From contig CDRNVI010000010.1 in the NCBI GenBank assembly GCA_977017575.1, positions 62,001 through 126,000 of the forward strand: a DNA stretch of 64,000 nucleotides. The letters are read 5' to 3'. Source of the DNA: Paramoeba atlantica (taxonomy: Eukaryota; Protista; Discosea). The notes under the pieces are model-generated. The model was not told the origin of the DNA. It made no database searches and saw only the letters and a list, made by a program, of their open reading frames with translations. Below are positions 11,426 to 21,764 of this stretch, piece by piece (the first letter of the stretch is position 1; each line of letters starts with the position of its first letter). Both the position numbers and the translations under genes were made by a program.

Positions 11426-13545
11426 TGTTTTCAAGAGGAAAGTAAAGAGTTTCTGCACAAATCCAAATCATTCCGGATTGCCCCGGACGGTCACTGGCAA
11501 GCGAGACCCTTCACATGGGCCCCATTCCATTCCCCCATGGATCTCCCGTTTTTTGAGTTTGTTTTTTGAATTTAGACCACCGAGGACCTTTTATAATTTT
11601 TTCCTTTATTACTGAGTTCCTACTTATTTTTGTTCACTTTTTTCCAAAAATCAAGGGTAGAGCGATAGTTATACCACCGCAGTGTGTACATATCGAAAGA
11701 GAAGTTGTTAGTAGAGAGGCGGAAAAAAAGACCCAAAACCTAAAATTAGGTCAAAAGGGACCTTTCTCTCCCAAAAAATTCAAGATGTTTTACGGGGAAA
11801 AGGTCACTTCAACTTTCCAAACTTGCATTAATTCTCTACCGAAAAGGTTTGAATCAAACCCATCAGTTTTGTAAAAGAACGTGAGGAAGAACGTCATGAA
11901 CTCATCTTCAGGAAGAGGTTATCATTGTTTCGATAATTTCCCCTTTTTGCCATACATCTCCGTAGTAAGGTACTTTGTATTAAATGAAGTACGGACCCCC
12001 AATTTCGTACTACTAAGTACTTAGTCCCGTACTATCCGTACTAATTATAGTGTTACCTATGGAAACCTTATCTTGTGTTCGCTCGAGATAATATCCTGTG
12101 CTTAAAAAGTACTGTGGTGTCGCTCGGGGATGTATTTCGTTTTCAGGCTGATAGATACGGAATATGCGACTACGTTGGATGGCTCCGCCCACATGGATGT
12201 TTCTTGTCACATGGATTGCTCTGGCCTACATTGTATGTACATATTGTAGTAGTAAATATTTAGATGAAATATAGATGTATTAACAAATATGTTGTACAAA
12301 AAGATTGTAAACCATTTTTGAACGATCCGAGACATATAATGTGGAAATATGGCATACAGTGTCGTACAAATACATCTCTCGTAAGGTAAGATGATGGTGC
12401 ACATGAATAGACATTCAAACATCCATGTTTATTGATGTTTTAGCACATACATATAGCACATACATATAATAAATACAAATAGTAAATAATGAAGCAAATA
12501 AATGTATATGGCGAACTGTAAAGTTACATTACGTAGATACATTACGTTTACAAAGGGGAAAAACAAGATGAACACAAGGAGATCACGGAAAAAACCCACG
12601 TAAACGTTTCGAAAAATTTATAGCCTTCAATATCAAAAATGTTAACGGTCGAAAAAGTTTTAAACGAAATGAAAATATAGCACACAACGTTCACGGATAT
12701 AGCACTTTTCACTTTCTTGCTCTTCATCTGAATCGCCACTTTCCAGGAGATCAAAATCGCCTTCGGATAACTCGCATTCCATATTCGGACTCTGCGTCAT
12801 TTGCTTCATCTTATCCAGGTTTCCTCGCAAAAAAATTCGATCAGCAATAACGCGGGGAGGAAGTCTTGATTGGCGAGGGTTATACATGTATGCCAAGATG
12901 GAGAGACATGAATCACATTTCGTTACAAGGAGCGGGGTCCAAACGTAGTGCCGGGCGGCGAAAGCAACAGATGGAAAGAGTCTATCGCCAGCAGTTCACC
13001 AGTAATCGTACTCGTTGTGGTGTATGGATGGATTCCATTCAAAGTCAGTGCAGGTGACGTACGCTTGCCACTCTATATCAGTAATTGAAAATATTTTGTT
13101 TTGATCATTGAGAGATCCCAAACTTCGATCGAAAAGGTTGTTCGCCCTCTCAGCGCTAATACACTTCATATTGTAAGGACGAGCAAATTCGGAAATAGAA
13201 ATGGGGTCGAACCAAACGATATCTTTCCAGAATTCCATGTTGTGATTCTTGGAGAGCCGAGCCATGTGATGTTTGAGCGACTCTTTAAGTCCCTCAGGTC
13301 CTATTCCTTCTTCTGAGTCCTCAAACAACTGTTCCAAAGTTTCAGCAACATGCGTTGCCGTCGGTTTCCCATTTAAGTCAGAAAATTTGTTTAGTGCTAC
13401 ATACAGAATCTTACAGTCTTTAAGGAATGATGAGCAGGAATCACGGATACCATCAACGCCGTAACGGGCAATTAGCTTTGAGCATTTTACAATAGACTGA
13501 GAGGTTGTACTTTTTTTGTTCAGTTCAGCTTCTATAAACGCATTA

Positions 13546-15601
13546 CCGTTACCCCCCCTTACTTATCCAGGTACGCTACTTATCACAAAATCCCAAACCT
13601 TACTTATCCGCAAGGATAAGTAGCGTACCTGGACCTTGGCCTTTTTTCCGAACTTTTTTATTGTTTTAGATTTGAGGTAGCTGTACAATGCGTTGCTATT
13701 TTAAAGTATTTATCTATCTACAACTCTTGAATTCTTTTTTCTACAACTCATCCCCCCCCTCTCTCTCTCTGAATGTCTGACTTGAATCGGCTGGTTTTTC
13801 ATGCAGGGCAGGTCCGCAACGCACTCTTACCACAAGAGGCGGTTGTCGTAATTCCGGATCCGAATGCCGTAGTCAATGTTATCCCAAACGTTGAACTACT
13901 GGCCCATGCTCAAGTTGAACAAGACCGTCCACGGAAAAGTCGGGTCGAGCTTACTATCCAGCAGAAACTTAACATTTGTGCTGCAATAGAAGCTATGAAG
14001 CCCGAAGCAACAGTTGCCGCAGAGTTTCGCATCACTCCTTTGTCGATTTGCGAACGTTTGTCGCCGTCGTGTAAACGGTTGCACTCAACTCGTTCCGACA
14101 GATGCTGATGAACGGGTCCGAAACTTTCTCGAGATGATGACTCTGATGAACGTCGATCGCAGAGGTTACTCTGTCATCCTCACGGGTGATGAGACCGGAG
14201 TTGTGTGGGAACCTGTAAGTAGTGTTACAATTGAACTTCGTGGGACGCGGCGGGTGCGAGTTCGCACAGCCGGAACGGAACGCCAAATGACGACAGCTTT
14301 TTTCGCGGCGCGCTCCGTTCGAGGCGCGGGTGGCGTTTGGGACCATACCATGTTGCCCCCTCATCTCATCTGGCAGGCGCAGTCCTCCACAGGCCCCATC
14401 TCTCGGGAAATCAACGCGGCAGCTGTAAAGTACCGTTGTACTGCCACCACAACTGCATCGGGGTGGACAAATGACGACTCTTTTCTGGCATGGCTTCAAA
14501 GAGAGTTGTTAGACCATGCGCGTTATCCTCCGCGACAAACTTTACTTGTGATTGACCTCTATGCTGCTCATCGAACTCACAAAATTCTTTCTTACCTTCG
14601 TGAGCGAGAGGTTGATGTCTTGTTCATTCCTTCAGGTTGCACCTCGCTCATCCAACTCATGGATGTTGCAGTCAACCGAGCGTTCAAGCACCATTACCGG
14701 GATAAATTTTCTACCTGGCGTGCCTCTCAGAACGGGTTTCGCCGCCCCACGCGTCAGAAAATCACGCGTTTTGTCACTGAAGCGCTACAGTCCTTTCCTG
14801 CAGTAGAAGCCTATCGTGTGGAATTTGAACGAAAGCTCTCATCCCACCTTCTACGAGGCGCAGAAACAATTTCCCCCCAACGGGTACAATCTCTACGTGG
14901 TAGTACCCTTGTGGTTGGTGCAACGCCTGCAGAAGCTGCTTTGGAGACAGAAGTCGTCTCCAATGCTTTTCAGCAGCTTTCTTTCGGTGAGGAAGTGATT
15001 GATGCGGATACTGATCAATGAGCGCTTTTTGATATAAAATTGTGTGCACTCGGGCGTAATATGATAATTTTATAATATGAGAATAGATTCAATTGAGGCA
15101 TATCGAATATTTTTCGTTCGTTTTTACTCCTGGGTTGGTCGGAATGTCATTCTATAAAAATATTATTCCTCATATTTTTCTGGTTTTTTTTCCATGCTTT
15201 TACATGCCATCAACAACCAGCAACGACTACACTTTTTCCCCCCGCTTATTTCTTGTCATGTAATTAGCACTACTTTTTTTCGTGTTCTATGATGTTGTTC
15301 TTATAATGTGCATGACATTCTCTTAGCCTTCATTTGTGTCAGAATCAAGTTTCACACTCGCGTTGTTTTTTATGTACCTTGTATATTTCGATTACTTCTC
15401 TCTGTTTGTTGTACAACTTTGTTTTCTCTATGTTATTGATTTCATTTATGGCAGGACGCTTCCGAAAACCACTCACCAACCTAAGGTACACTACTCAGGC
15501 ACGCTACTTAGCCAGGTACGCTACTTATCCAGGCACGCTACTTATCACAAAATCACTGATTTTGGGGTCAAAATGCGGGATAAGTAAGGGGGGGGTAACG
15601 G
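13546..15601 (+). mobile_element. pogo-like (DDE_1) transposon, internally deleted
   Basis: TIR CCGTTACCCCCCCTTACTTATCC at both ends, TA TSD (13544-45 and 15602-03), subterminal CTACTTATC repeats. Confidence 0.9.
13773..15021 (+). pseudogene. pogo-type transposase (N-terminal HTH plus DD35D catalytic domain)
   Basis: HTH (RKSRVELTIQQKLNIC) in ORF 13773. Catalytic TGDETG, VIDLYAAH and QLMDV (35 residues between D2 and D3) in ORF 14014. The frames are joined out of register by a deletion near 14035. Confidence 0.85.
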
Positions 15602-16406
15602 TAATGGTATCAATATTGTTGGCTATGAACTCCATTGCTACGAACTTATCCTGGCACCAACGCGTGACACCACCTAGTTTGGGAGTTTCGACGCCCTGCG
15701 ATTTCGAAGCTCTATCTAATGCAGCTAGAACAGCCCCTCCATGTTCCTGCAAAATGCTACATTTCTCATCCCAAGTTAAAGCTGAAACGCTTAATTTTTC
15801 TAGCAGACTCTCAGATTCACTTGGAATAACTGTTTTTAAGATTACGAGACTGTCCAAAAGACCGTTTTCGAGCCCCGAATGATACTTTTTTAAACATCTA
15901 TCCCCGAACCTGCTGCAATAGGTTCGAAAATTCGATGAAGCCGTGACAAAAGTCTCATCAGATTTCGCAAGCTTTATTCCTAAAGCAATACATTTGTACT
16001 TGTCTTTAGATGCACTGGGTTTTCCAGCAGAGCAAAAAGCCTGGGCGAAAGCTTTCTTGAATTTAAAGGCAGGGGATTCCTCATAGGACTTGAAGGCCGT
16101 GTTGCACACACAGTTTATCATGTGACCTATGCAGGAAAGCAAAGCTGGGAACTGCTTGGCGCAAACCGTGCTCGAAGTTCATGAGATCATCACTTCCAAC
16201 TTGGTCTGTTCTCTCATAAATGTCCCGCAAATGTCCTTCACAATACAATCTGGCCACATGATTAACGGCGCTACCGTCAACCATTAGAAACTTCTTCTTC
16301 AGTGGTCAGAGCCAATGTTAATAGTCAAACTACTAACCAGTGTTTTTGCCATGAGCTTCCCATCAAATGCCTTGTATTGTGGTGAGTACATAGGCGGAAG
16401 AGCATA

Positions 16407-18024
16407 CAGTCCAGGTACTGGTTTCCCCCCCAGGCTCCTGAGCACACCGTAAGAGCTTTTGACCTAATTCCTTCGGCATTCAACAGATCTCGAAAAAGTA
16501 GAACGTTTCCCGTCGTTTGTTTGCCCATCACCCCCCCTGGGTCAAAAATATTTTGAAAACACACGAAAAAATAGCATAATTTTACCAAAAAAATCCAATA
16601 TTTCAAAAAATTAGGAGTTTTTTATTCAAATATGGTTTCTTATTCTATGAATTTGAGGGATGCCCCCGTTAAATCTACTAAAGGTCAGTACTCCAACTCG
16701 CCGAAAAACAAGACACACCATATTACCCATAAAACTTCGCGATGTGCACTCCCAGAGCGCCTTGAAATTGTCCGCCAATATAAAAAAGGAAATTCGATTC
16801 ATACTTTAGCTAAAAATTTTGGCAGGGACAGAAAGACTGTCCGTGAAATTCTGTCTACGTGGAAGTCTAAAAGTCCACTAGGACCCAAACCCCACCCAGG
16901 CCCTGGTTTTTCTGTGTCTACGAAGCCATTCAGGGCGGCACTCGTCAAAGTTGTTGACGATGCTAACAAAACAATCGATGGCTGCCAATCCTTTCCTTGG
17001 GTACATAACGAAAAGATTAAAAAGGGGTTTCATTGCTCTCTAAGCACAATAAAGAAAACTCTACGTTCATTAAATTACCTACTACAAGCAAAAGCACCTA
17101 GCTGCGAGTTAAAGCAACATCACAAAGAGGCCCGCTTAAGTCTAGCAGAGTCTTTATTGTCCTTTCCCAAAGAAAAATTAGATTCTATAATTTGGACGGA
17201 CGAAAAAAAATTTACATGTGGTTCAAAGACTTACTCTCGCTTTTTTATCGGAAAGAAAGGATGTACTAAAATTAAAATGAGGAGAAACAACCGATGGTTT
17301 GGTGGTAAAGGTGTCATGATATGGATGGGAATCAGTGTGAAACACGGCCCTTTTTTGCATTTGTTTTCATCCCAATCGCAAGGTAAAAAAATTAGGGATG
17401 CAAGTTCCGTGAAGGGTGAAACGATTCTCGTTGAGTGTTTTTCAAAAAGGGGGGGTATTCTTGAATATTTAGTTGAAAATAGAGAACAAGCGATTGTGCA
17501 AATGGACAATGCGGCCACGCATAACAAAACGAAGCGTGTCCTTTTCGAAAAAGGAATTACTCGATTGGAGTGGCCAACACTCTCTCCTGACCTCAATCCG
17601 ATCGAGAATGTTTGGTCAATAATGGACCGAATTGTAAAAGACATTCTGAAGCCAGAGACTGAAACACAGCTCCGGAAGGCAATAAAGAAAGCCTTCATGA
17701 TGCTTAAGCGTCATCCTTATCGACGTAAGTCTTAAATTGCATAAATTCAGTACCTAAACGCTTGCGAATAGTGCAGAGCGTTCAAGGAGACCATTGTGGG
17801 TATTACTATAGGAATTCATACACCTTTTTTGTCATTTTTTACCAACATTGTTTTTGAAATTTGCCATCTTTGATCACACCCACCCAGAACCGAGGGGGGG
17901 TGATGGGCAAACAAACGACGGGAAACGCTCTACTTTTTCGAGATCTGTTGAATGCCGAAGGAACTAGGTCAAAAGCTCTTACGGTGTGCTCAGGAGCCTG
18001 GGGGGGAAACCAATACCTGGACTG
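16407..18024 (+). mobile_element. Tc1/IS630-type transposon
   Basis: ~130-bp TIRs starting CAGTCCAGGTA with 3 visible mismatches, TA TSD (16405-06 and 18025-26). Confidence 0.95.
16632..17735 (+). CDS. Tc1-like transposase (DD32E), C-terminal frameshift
   Basis: HTH N-terminus, WTDEKKF, QMDNAATH, SPDLNPIENVW. The expected tail (CINSVPKRLRIVQSVQGDHCGY) continues in another frame after ~17730. Confidence 0.88.
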   Translation: MVSYSMNLRDAPVKSTKGQYSNSPKNKTHHITHKTSRCALPERLEIVRQYKKGNSIHTLAKNFGRDRKTVREILSTWKSKSPLGPKPHPGPGFSVSTKPFRAALVKVVDDANKTIDGCQSFPWVHNEKIKKGFHCSLSTIKKTLRSLNYLLQAKAPSCELKQHHKEARLSLAESLLSFPKEKLDSIIWTDEKKFTCGSKTYSRFFIGKKGCTKIKMRRNNRWFGGKGVMIWMGISVKHGPFLHLFSSQSQGKKIRDASSVKGETILVECFSKRGGILEYLVENREQAIVQMDNAATHNKTKRVLFEKGITRLEWPTLSPDLNPIENVWSIMDRIVKDILKPETETQLRKAIKKAFMMLKRHPYRRKS

Positions 18025-19116
18025 TATTCCTTGGGACCGATATACAAAACACATAGCAATATATGCTCCCCTTTCATTCGATCAATACCGGCGTCAATGG
18101 CGGCTCCAAAGTACAGATACTTGTCAATATCTGTCTTTAGAATATCCCAGAGTTCATCTGCCAGAACAGATTCGTACTCATGCAGTTTTCCAGTCTTCTT
18201 TGGAAAAAATGTAAGAAATTGCTGAATCGTGAAGTTGGATGGCCATTGCTCAAGGAAAGATCGAACAAACGTCAAGAACTGCCGCGAAGGAATGTTCATG
18301 AGTGCATGCATGCAAGGAACAGTGCGAGTAGCGTAAATCTCGGCCTCCTTGTTGCTTGTCAAGGCGACCTGAACGGCTGTAGCTTGCTCTCGCTTCACTC
18401 GGACTTCACATTCTCTGCGATGATGTTGATAATGATTCCGCGTCCGACAGTGAGACTCGAAACGGCAGCCAGGAGCAGTACACTTGTAGTGGCAGTCATG
18501 GCCCATGCCGTCAACGGGCATCGCGTCGTGGTTGTGAAGACAATTTGCGGAGCACCGTACTACCTCAAAATTCGGTACTGCCCCTTCTTGCATAAGACCA
18601 CTAGGGGGTATCGCACGCTGCGTAGCGTGTAAAGTAGAAGGGGGTGATAGACTTGCCTCACTTTCGTCGGAGCCCACCACACTACCGCGTGGTTTGCTAG
18701 GCATGTAGAAACTGAGTCGGGGATGAGAAGAAGTTCAAGTGTATAAAAAGAAGAAACTGACTGAACAATACTACTGCAAACACCAACAAAGAACTCCATA
18801 AAAGTATAAATTTTTCGTCAATATAAAAGGATAATTGTTCAGTAAGCCGAATTTGTTTTTCCTAGTACGAACTTTCGTACTTAGTACGAATAGTACGGTA
18901 CTAAGTACGGTACTGTCGTACTAAGGAGATGTATGTTTTGCCTTTCAAAAGGAGTCTCAGAAGGGCCTTGTGAGTCCATTACAGAAAGGAAACTTAGTGC
19001 AATCGCTCTATAGGAACGACATCTCTAGTTTGCAACAAAGATGAGCAGAACAGATTAAAAGTACATCTCGCCAAAGAGGGAAATTGTGACTGATACGGTA
19101 ATAAATGCAATTCAAA

Positions 19117-20520
19117 TCATAAATTTACAAATAAGACACGAATCCTGTACATGAGACTTCCAAGGGAAATGCTTACCAGGAGGCCAAGCAATTGCGTTAA
19201 TATATTGAACTCATTAGCCAATGGCGAAATCAGAAGCATCAAACATGTAAATACGAGAAATCCTATTTCCCTCCGGCATTTAGTACATATGGCTCCAACA
19301 ATTCCCCTTGAAGAATCTCCGGAATTCTTTCGAATTCTGTTACCCTCTGTCAGCGGTGCCTGAAACTGTAATTTCAAAAAATGCCTCTGCGATCTCACCT
19401 TTATACCACTATTCATCAAAAGACAAGATCTTAGAATAGGATCATTGAAGTCTATTTGAGCATCCTTCGTGTGAAAATAGTGGAAAAGGGAAAGAATGGT
19501 GTCTCCAGCCACGTGGCTCAAAGCATCCGACATATCATCTAGGGTACGTGTCGTTAGGACACGTACACCAAAGTTTTGAGGGATATGCCTCTTTTGGCTA
19601 AGCAATAGACGACGTCGAGAAGTCGTATTAATACAAATACTTCCCCGTCTCATATTGGTAACTAAGCCTCCTGTGAGATGCATAAGACGGTGTTCTTGAA
19701 TCCCTTCAAGAGCTATAATAACAATATCAAAATTGATCAATTCGGGAATAAGGCACCGATGAATACCTCCCTCCCTTTTTGCTCTCGAAGAGGGAGATGC
19801 TGGTAAAGTTATGTACGAGATGTTAAGATCCTGAATGCACTTTGTACTACTTTCGTGCGTATCAGCCATTGTAACGGAACCGCCCAGGAGTGAGCCATAA
19901 CGTGCAGCAGCCATGGCAACTCTACCGGAGCCAAGAATTAGTACCTGAGCACGAGATAACACACGCTCAGGTGTGGTATAGCCCTGAAGAGGCTTAGCGT
20001 AGGCCTTTGCGGCGGTAAGGATAGCGCGATATCCGATGAGATCCGCAGCGCTACTTGTGAAACTACCGCCCTGTGTACCCATTTCTGCGCGATCCATTAA
20101 CAACACACTGGCTTTCTTTTTCTGGAGCAAAGGAATCTGCTTGATTCCGCATCGCCCGTAGGGTGTGAATATCCAAGTCGTGTTCTGGGTTAATTTTTCC
20201 AATACCTGTGCACTGGGCGAATGCAATGCAATGAAACATTTGGCTTGGGAGTACATTTGGTTGTGACCCACGATCTCAGCACCAGCATTGTGAAAGATTC
20301 GGTTTGATATCCCTACTTGCTCTCCAATGTGCTCCTCTATGAGTACTCGTATTCCCATGCGTGTGAGCTGTTGCACGTGATGCGGCGCAAGGGGAAGACA
20401 TACGCGGCGTTGATGCATCTGGACCGGGACACCGACCACCAGGTCGTTAAATTTCACGATGGAAGCAAAGGGTTTGGAGATACCCATTGCGGCTAGTGAT
20501 AGTTTCGCCATGCGGGACAT
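19117..20520 (-). CDS. Divergent NAD(P) transhydrogenase alpha subunit-like protein (AlaDH/PNT dI domain plus TM helices)
   Basis: VVGVP..RRVCLPLAP..V..L..MG..VLIE..G..AGAEIV, GYRAIL, Rossmann VLILGSGRVA, DIVII, and two C-terminal hydrophobic helices. Confidence 0.7.
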   Translation of the reverse strand: MSRMAKLSLAAMGISKPFASIVKFNDLVVGVPVQMHQRRVCLPLAPHHVQQLTRMGIRVLIEEHIGEQVGISNRIFHNAGAEIVGHNQMYSQAKCFIALHSPSAQVLEKLTQNTTWIFTPYGRCGIKQIPLLQKKKASVLLMDRAEMGTQGGSFTSSAADLIGYRAILTAAKAYAKPLQGYTTPERVLSRAQVLILGSGRVAMAAARYGSLLGGSVTMADTHESSTKCIQDLNISYITLPASPSSRAKREGGIHRCLIPELINFDIVIIALEGIQEHRLMHLTGGLVTNMRRGSICINTTSRRRLLLSQKRHIPQNFGVRVLTTRTLDDMSDALSHVAGDTILSLFHYFHTKDAQIDFNDPILRSCLLMNSGIKVRSQRHFLKLQFQAPLTEGNRIRKNSGDSSRGIVGAICTKCRREIGFLVFTCLMLLISPLANEFNILTQLLGLLVSISLGSLMYRIRVLFVNL

Positions 20521-21013
20521 CGCTCATTCCGAGTAATAAAAACGGTACGTAGGCATCCGCGGCCTTATGCTCTACTTTATTTGATAACTAATTGAAGCGT
20601 CCACTGTTGTGCCATGGAAATAAGAGATGTAATAACAGGAATAGTAAAAGCCTATTAAGTGAAAGTTTCGACAAAGATAAAGGAAATCGAAAGAGGAACA
20701 GATGGTAACACACTAGAGGAAAGGTAACACACTAACGCAATAATACAAATTATAAAAGTATTATGTAAATAACCTAAAACACAATTCACCATCGTTCATG
20801 AAAAATTAGAGATTGTTTATATAATTCTCGTATTTTAAGAGTGATTTCTTAACCTAATGCAATGTTTAGGAAATAAATATTTAAAATTGAATTTTCTATA
20901 GGAGGATGGAAAGGTATACATAAATCTATGATACATAAATATAGTCATAGACATTTACGGGAAAACTGAATCACTTGAATATGCCGTAATTTACGCGAAA
21001 CATGTAAATTACT

Positions 21014-21460
21014 TCACGATTTAATACCCGTAGACCCGAATCCACCCTCCCCACGCTGCGTCTCGTCTAAACGTTCGACCTCCACCACCTCTGGGGTCAC
21101 AATACGTTCCAGTACAAGCTGAGCGATGCGGTCGCCCCGCTTTACGTCGAAGTCCGCACTGCCGTGGTTGAACAACACAACGCCAACATTTCCCCTGTAG
21201 TCCTCGTCAATCACACCCGCCCCGACATCGATAAAATGTTTCACCGCCAATCCTGAGCGAGGCGCAACTCTGCCATAAGTCCCGGGCGGCACAGCAATGG
21301 ATAAATCGGTAGGGACAATTTGTTTGCCGCGTGCGGGGACAGTGTGATCGCCCGCGCTGCACAGGTCATAGCCAGCCGCAGAGGAACTGCCGCGGATGGG
21401 AAGTGTTGCTGCAGAGGAGAGACGCACGACGCGTAGCGGAAGAGTCCCTATGGTTGTCAT
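21014..21460 (-). CDS. DUT: Trimeric dUTPase
   Basis: All five motifs present: [39 protein letters not shown]. Start MTTIG (ATG at 21460). Confidence 0.95.
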   Translation of the reverse strand: MTTIGTLPLRVVRLSSAATLPIRGSSSAAGYDLCSAGDHTVPARGKQIVPTDLSIAVPPGTYGRVAPRSGLAVKHFIDVGAGVIDEDYRGNVGVVLFNHGSADFDVKRGDRIAQLVLERIVTPEVVEVERLDETQRGEGGFGSTGIKS

Positions 21461-21764
21461 CAAAAAAACGTATCGGAGGGTAGAGGTGTGGTCTAAAAAT
21501 TCAATGCAGTAGATGTGTATGTGTAGATGTGTATGTTGTGTAAAAATAGGAAAAAAGAGGTTAAAATCATCAAAACAATTTAAGGGAAACCAATTAATCG
21601 ACAATTTTTTTCTCAACAAATTTATGGCGAAAACCCATATTTTCGCCATAAATTTTTATTAGGATTCGAATCACGAAGCGCGGTAAAAAATTGAATGAGA
21701 AAGAACTCAGTTTCTAAAAATAAAAATTCTTGATTAAAGGTCGGATGATTACAAAAGACGAAAT

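Larger units (their letters stand above)
12660..18704 (-). pseudogene. hAT transposase, disrupted
   Basis: Fragments in order: Cys/His zinc finger, FGAAIDAGID (first D), MVDGSAVN (second D), CIGH (CxxH), GGVTRW, and dimerisation-like YW*..LFPSVAFAARHYVWTP..KCDSCLS..PRQSRL. Two TE insertions, about two frameshifts (~16308, ~16140) and a stop near 12997. Confidence 0.85.
11951..18935 (-). mobile_element. hAT-family DNA transposon with two nested insertions
   Basis: TIR CATACATCTCC(G/T)TAGTA at 11951 and inverted at 18935. TTTTGC is duplicated on both flanks. GTACT-rich subterminal repeats. hAT transposase fragments inside. Confidence 0.85.
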
